NCBI GenBank assembly: GCA_964016885.1 | Contig: CAXHJY010000992.1 | Coordinates: forward strand, 62,001-126,000 | Direction of reading: 5' to 3' | Origin: Eledone cirrhosa | Lineage: Eukaryota | DNA: 64,000 bases | Shown here: positions 26,901 to 39,368 of the stretch, piece after piece | How positions within the stretch are numbered: position 1 is the stretch's first letter | How the letters are laid out: each line of letters opens with the position of its first letter | Made by a program: the position numbers and the translations under genes | The notes under the pieces: model-generated | Seen by the model: the letters and a program-made list of their open reading frames with translations, nothing else | Database searches by the model: none | What the model was told of the DNA's origin: nothing

Positions 26901-29900
26901 CAGAGACAGAAGTACACACAACAGAGAGAGAAGTAGACAACAGAGACAGAAGTACACAACAGAGACAGAAGTAGACACAACAGAGACAGAAGTAGACACA
27001 ACAGAGACAGAAGTACACAACAGAGACAGAAGTACACACAACAGAGACAGAAGTACACAACAGAGACAGAAGTAGACACAACAGAGACAGAAGTAGACAC
27101 AACAGAGACAGAAGTACACACAACAGAGACAGAAGTACACACAACAGAAACAGAAGTAGACACAACAGAAACAGAAGTACACAACAGAGACAGAAGTACA
27201 CAACAGAGACAGAAGTACACAACAGAGACAGAAGTACACAACAGAGACAGAAGTAGACACAACAGAGACAGAAGTAGACACAACAGAGACAGAAGTACAC
27301 ACAACAGAGACAGAAGTACACACAAAAGAGACAGAAGTACACACAACAGAGACAGAAGTAGACACAACAGAGACAGAAGTAGACACAACAGAGACAGAAG
27401 TAGACACAACAGAGACAGAAGTACACACAACAGAGACAGAAGTACACACAACAGAGACAGAAGTACACACAACAGAGACAGAAGTAGACACAACAGAGAC
27501 AGAAGTAGACACAACAGAGACAGAAGTACACACAACAGAAACAGAAGTAGACACAACAGAAACAGAAGTACACAACAGAGACAGAAGTACACAACAGAGA
27601 CAGAAGTACACAACAGAGACAGAATTAGACACAACAGAGACAGAAGTACACAACAGAGACAGAAGTAGACACAACAGAGACAGAAGTAGACACAACAGAG
27701 ACAGAAGTACACACAACAGAGGCAGAAGTACACACAACAGAGACAGAAGTACACACAACAGAGACAGAAGTAGACACAACAGAGACAGAAGTAGACACAA
27801 CAGAGACAGAAGTAGACACAACAGAGACAGAAGTAGACACAACAGAGACAGAAGTAGACACAACAGAGACAGAAGTAGACACAACAGAGACAGAAGTAGA
27901 CACAACAGAGACAGAAGTAGACACAACAGAGACAGAAGTACACACAACAGAGACAGAAGTACACAACAGAGACAGAAGTACACACAACAGAGACAGAAGT
28001 AGACACAACAGAGACAGAAGTAGACACAACAGAAACAGAAGTACACACAACAGAGACAGAAGTAGAGAGCCGAGACAGAAGTACACAACAGAGACAGAAG
28101 TAGACACAACAGAGACAGAAGTACACACAACAGAGACAGAAGTAGACACAACAGAGACAGAAGTAGACACAACAGAGACAGAAGTAGACACAACAGAGAC
28201 AGAAGTAGACACAACAGAGACAGAAGTAGACACAACAGAGACAGAAGTACACACAACAGAGACAGAAGTACACACAACAGAGACAGAAGTACACACAACA
28301 GAGACAGAAGTACACAACAGAGACAGAAGTAGACACAACAGAGACAGAAGTAGACACAACAGAGACAGAAGTACACAACAGAGACAGAAGTACACAACAG
28401 AGACAGAAGTACACACAACAGAAACAGAAGTACACACAACAGAGACAGAAGTACACACAACAGAGACAGAAGTACACAACAGAGACAGAAGTAGACACAA
28501 CAGAGACAGAAGTACACAACAGAGACAGAAGTACACAACAGAGACAGAAGTAGACAACAGAAACAGAAGTACACACAACAGAAACAGAAGTACACACAAC
28601 AGAGACAGAAGTACACAACAGAGACAGAAGTAGACAACAGAAACAGAAGTACACACAACAGAGACAGGAGTACACAACAGAGACAGAAGTACACAACAGA
28701 GACAGAAGTAGACACAACAGAGACAGAAGTAGACAACAGAAACAGAAGTACAGAGCAGAGACAGAAGTACACAGCAGAGACAGAAGTACACACAACAGAG
28801 ACAGAAGTACACAACAGAGACAGAAGTACACAACAGAAACAGAAGTACACAACAGAAACAGAAGTAGACAACAGAGACAGTAGTACACAACAGAGACAGA
28901 AGTACACAACAGAGACAGAAGTACACAACAGAGACAGAAGTAGACACAACAGAGACATAAGTAGACACAACAGAGACATAAGTAGACACAACAGAGACAG
29001 AAGTAGACACAACAGAGACAGAAGTAGACACAACAGAGCAAGAAGTAGACAACAGAGACAGAAGTAGACACAACAGAGACAGAAGTAGACACAACAGAGA
29101 CAGAAGTACACAACAGAGAGAGAAGTAGGCACAACATAGATAGAAGTACACAACAGAGACAGAAGTACACAACAGAGAGAGAAGTACACAACAGAGAGAG
29201 AAGTACACAACAGAGACAGAAGTACACACAACAGAGACAGAAGTACACAACAGAGACAGAAGTACACAACAGAGACAGAAGTACACAACAGAGACAGAAG
29301 TACACACAACAGAGACAGAAGTAGACACAACAGAGACAGAAGTCGACACAACAGAGACAGAAGCACACAACATAGACAGAAGTACACAACAGAGACAGAA
29401 GTACACAACAGAGAGAGAAGTAGACACAACAGAGACAGAAGTACACAACAGAGACAGAAGTACACAACAGAGAGAGAAGTACACAACAGAGAGAGAAGTA
29501 CACAACAGAGAGAGAAGTAGACACAACAGAGACAGAAGTACACAACAGAGACAGAAGTAGACACAACAGAGGCAGAAGTACACACAACAGAGACAGAAGT
29601 ACACAACAGAGACAGAAGTACACAACAGAGACAGAAGTTGACACAACAGAGACAGAAGTACACACAACAGAGACAGAAGTAGACACAACAGAGACAGAAG
29701 TAGACACAACAGAGACAGAAGTACACAACAGAGACAGAAGTACACACGACAGAGACAGAAGTACACAACAGAGGCAGAAGTACACACAACAGAGACAGAA
29801 GTAGACACAACAGAGACAGAAGTACACACAACAGAGACAGAAGTACACACAACAGAGACAGAAGTACACACAACAGAGACAGAAGTACACACAACAGAGA

Positions 29901-30573
29901 CAGAAGTAAACACAACAGAGACAGAAGTACACAACAGAGACAGAAGTACACAACAGAGACAGAAGTACACAACAGAGACAGAAGTACACACAACAGAGAC
30001 AGAAGTACACAACAGAGACAGAAGTACACAACTGAGACAGAAGTACACAACAGAGACAGAAGTATACACAACAGAGACAGAAGTACACACAACAGAGACA
30101 GAAGTAGACAACAGAGACATAATTAGACACAGGGACAGAAGTAGACAGCAGAGACAGAAGTACACACAACAGAGACAGAAGTACACAAAACAGAGACAGA
30201 AGTACACACAACAGAGACAGAAGTAGACACAAGAGAGACAGAAGTACACAACAGAGACAGAAGTACACACAACAGAGACAGAAGTACACACAACAGAGAC
30301 AGAAGTACACACAACAGAGACAGAAGTACACACAACAGAGACAGAAGTACACACAACAGAGACAGAAGTACACACAACAGAGACAGAAGTACATACAACA
30401 GAGACAGAAGTAGACACAACAGAGACAGAAGTAGACAACAGAAACAGAAGTACACACAACAGAGACAGAAGTACACAACAGAGACAGAACTACACACAAC
30501 AGAGACAGAAGTACACACAACAGAGACAGAAGTACACAACAGAGACAGAAGTAGACACAACAGAGACAGAAGT
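20980..30573. repeat. 9.6-kb minisatellite, 21/19-bp unit ACAACAGAGACAGAAGTA(G/C)AC, with a 3167-bp higher-order duplication
   Basis: Directly visible; rare variant units recur at +3167 (e.g. CACAGCAGAG at 22501 and 25668). Confidence 0.98.
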
Positions 30574-30591
30574 CTCTGATCTTTGTGTGTA

Positions 30592-30633
<42 letters not shown>

Positions 30634-30730
30634 TATATATAAAACTGATGCTGTCTGTGTGTATATATATATATATATATACATATATATATGTATATAT
30701 ATATATATACAAGAAAATATATGTATATAT

Positions 30731-30779
<49 letters not shown>

Positions 30780-30803
30780 TATATATATAAAACTGTAGTT
30801 GTC

Positions 30804-30859
<56 letters not shown>

Positions 30860-30999
30860 TGTAGTTGTGTGTGTGTCCTCATTTTTGCAAAGTCTATACA
30901 AATCCACATTTCAACTCCAATTGACATCAAACTTACATTTATATATTCCTTGCGGTCTAAAGATATTAACTGCAGCTTTTATTTTTCAAATTTTCAAAT

Positions 31000-31312
31000 T
31001 TATGTTGTTAAAGGGGTGTTAAGCGCCGGTTATACATCTCCGTCGCACCCTTATAATATCTGTCTGTATGCCTGGCTGTCTGCATTACGACATTCTGACG
31101 AACATTGGTGACGTATTATGTTTGCTATTATCCGTTCATTGCCAGGGAACGTCTTCACGAACCAAAGTATCGTCTTCCTGTCTTCCTTCGGTTGCAACGT
31201 TTTTCAAAATATTTACTTCTGTGTTCACAGATTGATTTTTTTAGTTTCAGAAGATCCCATTAAGGATGAAAGCAGCGATTCTTTGCTTAAACTTTAATCT
31301 GTTATTTTAATA
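31000..31312 (-). mobile_element. Unclassified repeat X (copies at about 51680-51886 and inverted at 54519-54652)
   Basis: CGAACCAAAGTATCGTCTTCCTGTCTTCC...GAAAGCAGCGATTCTTTGCTTAAA...TCTGTTATTTTAAT shared, with the same terminus in all three copies. Confidence 0.75.
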
Positions 31313-32015
31313 TATAATATAAGCGAGGCAAGCCAGCCCAGTTGCCACTTCTTGCCAATAAACATTAACCCTTTGTGCGCCATTCATCTAACTGTAGACC
31401 AACAAATACCAACTAAACGGAGCATTGACAAGAACGATGGCGAATGAATCTTCGAGGTAAGCAGTTTCCCCCCAAGCTGTTACTTCCTGCGGGATTCTCT
31501 GCTACACCTTTTCGTAATAATACCGAACAACGTACTGCTGGTCACTCCTTCCTCCAAAAGCCGTACAAAGTGGACATGTGCATCGGGTAGATGGATCGGG
31601 TGCAAATCTACACCTGGCCTATGCGAGAAATTCGCAAGGGACTGCACCGAGAGGGATAGGGAGAAAGAGTAACTTAGTGGAAAGAGTGCAAATGAACTTT
31701 TGAGGTAAGTAGCCTACGCCTTACTGCTATGACACTGGAACCTTCTGCCAACTTAAACTGTGACTTTCTCTTTCACATTTACTCCAAAAGGCCAAAACAG
31801 AGGAGTATGAAAAGAAGGGGCTCAACAATATTTCTATGAACAATGCACGTAGACAGCTAAACTGTACTTTCAACTTCTTAATTTTCTCCAAATAAAACAA
31901 GTTTCCTGTCGGTATATTTTCGTGAGTTTTTAACAGGCACTCACAAATAAACGTTTCTCATTGGAGGTGCTATTACCAATGTTCTTACCCGTGCAACGCC
32001 GGGATACACTGCTAG
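31312..32015 (+). mobile_element. Non-autonomous Helitron
   Basis: 3' end CCCGTGCAACGCCGGG hairpin, then ATACACTG-CTAG|T; 5' boundary inferred at TATAATATAAGCG. Confidence 0.7.
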
Positions 32016-32092
32016 TATGTAATAACATGATAAAGTCAATTATTGGCCTTTCTTAATGAGAGGAATGTCAATGATGTGTTACCTTCCACTAA

Positions 32093-33748
32093 TATTAAGG
32101 CTGTGGGGAAGTGGAGAGCTGTGGGATTAAGGTAATGGGAAAATGGAGAGTTGTGGGATTAAGGTAATGGGGAAATAGAGAGCTGTGGGATTAAGGTAAT
32201 GGGGAAATGGAGAGCTGTGGGATTAAGGTAATGGGGAAGTGGAGAGCTGTGGGATTAAGGTAATGAGGAAGTGGAGAGTTGTGGAGATTAAGGTAATGGG
32301 GAAGTGGAGAGCTGTGAGATTAAGGTAATGGGGAAATGGAGAGCTGTGGGATTAAGGTAATGGGGAAGTGGAGAGCTGTGGGATTAAGGTAATGGGGAAG
32401 TGGAGAGTTGTGGAGATTAAGGTAATGGGGAAGTGGAGAGCTGTGGAGATTAAGGTAATGGGGAAATGGAGAGCTGTGGATATTAAGGTAATGGGGAAAT
32501 GGAGAGCTGTGGGATTAAGGTAATGAGGAAGTGGAGAGCTGTGGGATTAAGGTAATGGGGAAATGGAGAGCTGTGGAGATTAAGGTAATGGGGAAATGGA
32601 GAGCTGTGGAGATTAAGGTAATGGGGAAGTGGAGAGCTGTGGGATTAAGGTAATGAGGAAGTGGAGAGTTGTGGAGATTAAGGTAATGGGGAAATGGAGA
32701 GCTGTGAGATTAAGGTAATGGGGAAATGGAGAGCTGTGGGATTAAGGTAATGAGGAAGTGGAGAGCTGTGGGATTAAGGTAATGGGGAAATGGAGAGCTG
32801 TGGAGATTAAGGTAATGGGGAAATGGAGAGCTGTGGAGATTAAGGTAATGGGAAGTGGAGAGTTGTGGAGATTAAGGTAATGAGGAAGTGGAGAGCTGTG
32901 GGATTAAGGTAATGAGGAAGTGGAGAGTTGTGGAGATTAAGGTAATGGGGAAATGGAGAGCTGTGGAGATTAAGGTAATGGGGAAATGGAGAGCTGTGGA
33001 GATTAAGGTAATGGGAAGTGGAGAGTTGTGGAGATTAAGGTAATGAGGAAGTGGAGAGTTGTGGAGATTAAGGTAATGGGAAGTGGAGAGTTGTGGAGAT
33101 TAAGGTAATGGGGAAATGGAGAGCTGTGGGATTAAGGTAATGGGGAAATGGAGAGCTGTGGGATTAAGGTAATGGGGAAATGAAGAGCTGTGGGATTAAG
33201 GTAATGGGAAAATGGAAAGTTGTGGAGATTAAGGTAATGGGGAAGTGGAGAGCTGTGGGATTAAGGTAATGGGGAAATGGAGAGCTGTGGGATTAAGGTA
33301 ATGGGGAAATGGAGAGTTGTGGAGATTAAGGTAATGGGGAAATGGAGAGCTGTGGGATTAAGGTAATGGGGAAATGGAGAGCTGTGGGATTAAGGTAATG
33401 GGGAAATGGAGAGCTGTGGGATTAAGGTAATGGGGAAATGGAGAGTTGTGGAGATTAAGGTAATGGGAAGTGGAGAGTTGTGGAGATTAAGGTAATGAGG
33501 AAGTGGAGAGTTGTGGAGATTAAGGTAATGGGGAAATGGAGAGTTGTGGAGATTAAGGTAATGGGGAAATGGAGAGCTGTGGAGATTAAGGCTGTGGGGA
33601 AATGGAGAGCTGTGGAGATTAAGGCTGTGGGGAAATGGAGAGTTGTGGAATTAAGGCTGTGGGGAAATGGAGAGCTGTGGGATTAAGGTAATGGGGGAAA
33701 TGGAGAGTTGTGGAGATTAAGGTAATAGGGAAATGGAGAGTTGTGGAA
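32093..33748. repeat. G-rich minisatellite, 32/33-bp unit GTAATGGGGAAATGGAGAGCTGTGG(G/AG)ATTAAG (about 50 units)
   Basis: Directly visible. Confidence 0.97.
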
Positions 33749-33832
33749 GTCATTCTTTCTTAGCAATCGTTGCAGATGTAAATGAAAATCATAACAGTTG
33801 TATAATCTGTCTGCCCCCTCTATGAAATATGA

Positions 33833-33882
33833 ATCATCATCATCACCGTTTTACATCCATTCTTCCACGCTAGCATGGGTTA
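33833..33882 (-). mobile_element. Tail-only RTE-C/SINE insertion
   Basis: (ATC)n ACCGTTTTAC..TTCTTCCACGCTAGCATGGGTTA matches 43985-44042. Confidence 0.7.
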
Positions 33883-33927
33883 CATATATACACATATAGA
33901 TATACATGCATATATATATACAGAGGC

Positions 33928-33968
<41 letters not shown>

Positions 33969-33984
33969 TACAGGGTTGCTCAGT

Positions 33985-35333
33985 TCTTTGAGGACATGTC
34001 TTTTAATAGCTCTAACTGTGAAGACATGTCTTTCAATAGCTCTAACTGTGAGGACATGTCTTTCAATAGCTCTAACTGTGAGGACATGTCTTTCAATAGC
34101 TCTAACTGTGAAGACATGTCTTTCAATAGCTCTAACTGTGAGGACATGTCTTTCAATAGCTCTAACTTTGAGGACATGTCTTTCAATAGCTCTAACTTTG
34201 AGGACATGTCTTTCAATAGCTCTAACTGTGAAGACATGTCTTTCAATAGCTCTAACTTTGAGGACATGTCTTTCAATAGCTCTAACTGTGAAGACATGTC
34301 TTTCAATAGCTCTAACTGTGAGGACATGTCTTTTAATAGCTCTAACTTTGAGGACATGTCTTTCAATAGCTCTAACTGTGAGGACATGTCTTTCAATAGC
34401 TCTAACTGTGAGGACATGTCTTTCAATAGCTCTAACTGTGAGGACATGTCTTTCAATAGCTCTAACTTTGAGGACATGTCTTTTAATAGCTCTAACTTTG
34501 AGGATGTCTTTCAATAGCTCTAACTGTGAAGACATGTCTTTCAATAGCTCTAACTTTGAGGACATGTCTTTTAATAGCTCTAACTTTGAGGACGTCTTTC
34601 AATAGCTCTAACTTTGAGGACATGTCTTTTAATAGCTCTAACTTTGAGGATATGTCTTTCAATAGCTCTAACTGTGAAGACATGTCTTTCAATAGCTCTA
34701 ACTGTGAAGACATGTCTTTCAATAGCCCTAACTTTGAGGATATGTCTTTCAATAGCTCTAACTGTGAAGACATGTCTTTTAATAGCTCTAACTTTGAGGA
34801 CATGTCTTTTAATAGCTCTAACTTTGAGGACATGTCATTCAATAGCTCTAACTGTGAGAACATGTCTTTCAATAGCTCTAACTTTGAGAACATGTCTTTT
34901 AATAGCTCTAACTGTGAGGACGTTTTTCAATAGCTCTAACTTTGAGGACATGTCTTTTAATAGCTCTAACTTTGAGGACATGTCTTTCAATAGCTCTAAC
35001 TGTGAAGACATGTCTTTTAATAGCTCTAACTTTGAGGACATGTCTTTTAATAGTTCTAACTGTGAGGACATGTCTTTCAATAGCTCTAACTTTGAGGACA
35101 TGTCTTTTAATAGCTCTAACTGTGAGAACATGTCTTTCAATAGCTCTAACTTTGATGACATGTCTTTTAATAGCTCTAACTTTGAGGACATGTCTTTCAA
35201 TAGCTCTAACTGTGAGGACATGTCTTTCAATAGCTCTAACTGTGATGACATGTCTTTCAATAGCTCTAACTTTGAGGACCTGTCTTTCAATAGCTTTAAC
35301 TTTGTGGACCTGTCTTTCAATAGCTTTAACTTG
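33985..35333. repeat. Minisatellite, 30-bp unit GAGGACATGTCTTTCAATAGCTCTAACT(G/T)T (about 45 units)
   Basis: Directly visible; occasional 2-bp-deleted units shift the frame. Confidence 0.98.
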
Positions 35334-35369
35334 TTCTGATTATCATTTCTTTTCAGATAAATGATAACA

Positions 35370-36345
35370 GACATCAAGCTAACTCAGTAAAAGAAAAGAC
35401 ACGCTGTAATCATTGCCTTAAAGACACATCATAGTGATTTAGAGATTGCTCACTTCCTGAAAGTTACATGGTTATTAGTTACAAATTTTTCAAAAGCTGG
35501 AAGTCAGTGACTGGGGTTTTACAGTGGTAGCTAGACATAAAACACCTGCTAAGGGTCCTATTACCATCAGAACATCCAATTTTGTATGAAAGATGCAGAA
35601 AATTACCAATAAGAACCCCTGAAAGTCAATTAGTGCCATTGCTAAGGAGCTCAAGGTTTCAAGGCACACAATAGGAAGAATTGTTCACGAGGACCTTTGC
35701 TACAAGTCATAAGTGATGCAGAGAGAGGCCAATCCATGTCTGCAAAGACAAAAGATAACTGTCTGATCTGCACAAAGCACTTGTTGGGCAAGTTGAAACA
35801 TCAAGAGCCTGGAATGCTTTGGTTATTCTCTGATGAAAAACACTTTGATCAGGACCAAAAGGTCAACTGAAGGAATGATAGATGGTCATGCAGAGACCCT
35901 AAAGATGTTCCAATGGTCATCCACCCAAACTTTCTGACCACTGTGATGGTTCTGGGAGTCATGAGCAAGAAGGGAGATGTCATGCCTTCTCACTTCTTTC
36001 CTTAGGGTTTAGGGGTTAATGCTGCTGACTACAAGGAGGTGTTGGAGAAAGTTGTGAGACCTTGGATAGAGAGTGTGAGCAAGGGAAGACCATACACCTA
36101 CCAACAAGACAGTGTGCCTTCTCATAAGTCCAAGATGACCCAAGAATCAATAAGTTATAATCTCCACAATAATATCACCCCAAATAAATGACCTCCTAGC
36201 TCTCCAGACCTGAACCTATTAGACTACTATGGGACATAGTCAAGAGGGAAGTCAATTAATGCCCTCATAACTTTATAATATCAATTAATGCCTTAAGTAG
36301 CACAATGTCCAACATAGATAGAGATCTTATGTAACCAGGTCATTG
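35370..36345 (+). pseudogene. Decayed Tc1/mariner-superfamily transposase, DD37D (maT-like)
   Basis: Translates to FSDEK.F.QDQK, VMVLGVMS..GDVMP.HF, QQDS.PSH and *PPSSPDLNLLDY; 37 residues between second and third Asp; several stops. Confidence 0.88.
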
Positions 36346-36852
36346 AAATATATAGTGTTTTGTAATAATAAAACTTTAAAGGAACATCACCAGTCTGACC
36401 TCTTGTTATTTTAATCAAACTAATACACACACACATTCTATAATTTTTATTTACTAGGTTCAGCCATAAGATTGTAGTCTTGCTGTGTCATTTAAGGGAT
36501 TTAGATGATCAACTCCAATACTTTCCTCAAGACTAGTACTTTATTGATATCTTCATGTCACAGTGCTAAGTTACTGGAGACAAACAAACTGAGATACACA
36601 AGTGTGCACACACATATATATATATACAACAGGCTTCTACACAGTTTCTATCTACCAAATTTCACTCATAAGGAATTAATCAACTCATTACTATACTAGA
36701 TGACACTTGCCCAAGAGACAAGCCAAAACAACATACATACACATATACCTACATACATATATACCCATATACACACACAAACATACATATATACCCATAT
36801 ATACACACATACACATAAATGTACACACACCACACACACTATATATGTCTTG

Positions 36853-36926
<74 letters not shown>

Positions 36927-36930
<4 letters not shown>

Positions 36931-37272
36931 AGGCACATGGCTTAGTGGTTAGAGCATTGGCCTTGCAATCGAAAGGTTGCGAGTTCAATTTCTCAGACCG
37001 GGTGATGTGTTGTTTCCTTGAGCAAGACACTTTATTTCACATTGCTCCAGTTTACTCAGCTGTAGAAATGAGATGATAGTTACTGGGGTCCCTATCATTC
37101 CACTGTAAAGTGGTCGTGGAGGTGCCATGGCATAAAAGCACCCAGCACTCACTGTAAATGAGGTTGGTGTTAGGAAGGGCATCCAGCTGTAGAAATCAAG
37201 CCACAATCAGTTCCCGTCCCACCCTTTCAAAGCAGGGAAAAGCAGACGTAAAATGATGATGATGATGATGAT
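36927..37272 (+). mobile_element. tRNA-derived SINE with RTE-type 3' end and (GAT)n tail, flanked by (TA)n
   Basis: A box TGGCTTAGTGG, B box GAGTTCAATT, core TTGAGCAAGACACTTTATTTCAC; 37100-37203 matches the RTE-C 3' UTR; 37213-37255 matches the RTE-B terminus. Confidence 0.85.
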
Positions 37273-37935
37273 ATATATATATCATCATCATCATAGACGT
37301 TAATCGACGATGATGATGATATATATATATATCTGTATGTGACTCACAACAGAGAAAGGAGTACTCAATACTGAAATACAGTTTTAATATTCATTTATAT
37401 TAAGGATAAAAAGTTGTTTAATGACCCTGTGGTATCAGGCAAAACTCCAGAATAACAAGACTCACTTTTTAGCCTAAATACAAATGGAAAAGATACACAC
37501 ACACACATTTATATAAACATATATTCAGAAATTCATTGTACTCCACCTATTATCCCCACATGTGAAATTATAACAAAATTTAGATTTAATCAAACATTAA
37601 TAAAACAGCAAGATTAATAAAACAGCAACATTTTTCAGCTATGATAAAGATTTATATGAAGCTTAAGAAACTAAAACTCAGGTGATGCTTTCCTAAATTA
37701 TTCTTAACTCCAAACTTCATAAAAGTTAAATAAAACCTAACTATTAAACATTGCAGTTTAATGAGGTCTGTATGCTAAAAATTTGGAGGAAAACTGGAAA
37801 ATAAAACACACCAAGAAAAAACAACAACACACAACTGAAATGTGGAATTGGTGTTAGAAATAACAAAAAATAATGAAAGGAAATGAGAATTAATTAATCA
37901 ATTAGTGAAAAAGGATAATTTTGTTTACTACTCAC

Positions 37936-38231
37936 AGTTACTGTTTGAACTGGTCGGACTACTAAAGCCTCGTCCTGCAATGTCCTCCTGTGAGCTTGTC
38001 GAATGAATACTACCAGTATCATCCTCACCAACCTCGGGAGGTTTCGATGAACGCACTATCATGCTCTTTGGACGTGGTTTCGGATTACGAGCTGGACGCT
38101 CATAACGATCAGAAGGTGGGTTCTTCTCCTCGTCTTCTTCCTTTCTCTTCCGTTCCTTATACTGTTGCAGAATTAGTTCTCTGCGGACTCTCTCTTGCTC
38201 TTTCCTCAAAGCTAGTTCTTCTTTCCTCTGC
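37936..38231 (-). CDS. CAMSAP: Exon of CAMSAP/Patronin-like gene (C-terminal coiled coil and KPRPKS region)
   Basis: ttctag|G CAG AGG...AAC T|gtgagt; encodes QRKEELALRKEQERVRRELILQQYKERK...KPRPKSM, resembling the CAMSAP RRE.I.Q.Y..RK...RPKS segment; phase-compatible with exon 50324-50451 (AT+G=Met). Family assignment is from memory of the motif, not a search. Confidence 0.8.
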
Positions 38232-39119
38232 CTAGAATTTGTTGGGGGTTTTGAAATAAAAAGAGAAAATGTTACTCAAATAATAGATAAAAGAAAAACA
38301 TTTCAATTTAATCCATTGATAAATCAAAGATATTTTATTTAACTGTTTAGCTTAGGAAGGAAGGGATCTGTCCACGATCCTTTATTTAACAGGGTTACAA
38401 GACTGGTGGAAGGAGGAAAGGAAGGTGTTCACAAACAAGGGATCTGGTGCAAATGCTGTAACAGACTTGACTTTATTAAAGATACTCAAGGAGCTGGCGG
38501 TGGTGTTAAACCTGAAATTTAACATACCACCCTTGAATAAGAACAGCTCCTCTGTTGGGCTTCTGCACAGTTTCTGTCAACCAAAGCTCATTCACAAGAC
38601 ATTTGTCAACACAAAGTTATAGCAGAAGACACCTCTAAGCTACCATGCAGTACAATCAAACTGAAACCATGTAGTTAAGTCAACTTCCTAAGCAAATTGC
38701 CATGCCAGCATCCATAGACACATCACAACAGCCATATCTCACCAAGGTTTACATGTCAGGTGAAACTATACATCTGCACTTTCCAATGTGCAAGCCAGAA
38801 CAAGGGTCATTTTGTAAAAGACCAACAATTGTCCATGTATGAATGTTGTCCCAGGGAAAGGCACTGATACAGCTTGGCAACAGTATTGTTGAAAACAAGC
38901 TTATAATGTAAAGGGCAGAGTGAGACACAAGCCATCCTGCTGTCCAACTCTAACAATTCTGTTTATCTACCACCCAGGATTGGTACCTATTTACTGACCC
39001 TTAAAGGATGAAAGGCAAAGTTGATCTCAGCAAAATTTAATTTGAACTTTAAACACTAACAAACAGAAAAAATACAGTAAATCATTCTATCCAACACTTT
39101 AACACCATCTTAAACACAC

Positions 39120-39162
<43 letters not shown>

Positions 39163-39368
39163 CATACACACACACACACATTCATATATACATATATATA
39201 TACACACGCATTCGTACACACATTCATATACATACATATATATACATATATACATATATATACACACACACATTCATAAATACAATATATATATATATAT
39301 ATACACACATTCATATAAACATATATATCACCATCATGGTTTAACTATCTTCCACGCTAGCATGGGTT

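Noticed and set aside
32093-33748. Telomeric repeat
   Set aside because: G-rich, but not tandem TTAGGG; the unit is 32/33 bp
133-35377. Very long ORFs (up to 2149 aa) of Cys/Leu/Tyr/His repeats
   Set aside because: Periodic translations of minisatellites that lack stops on one strand; open in several frames with no frame conservation
36927-37000. tRNA gene
   Set aside because: A and B boxes are present but there is no acceptor stem, and it continues into a SINE core and tail
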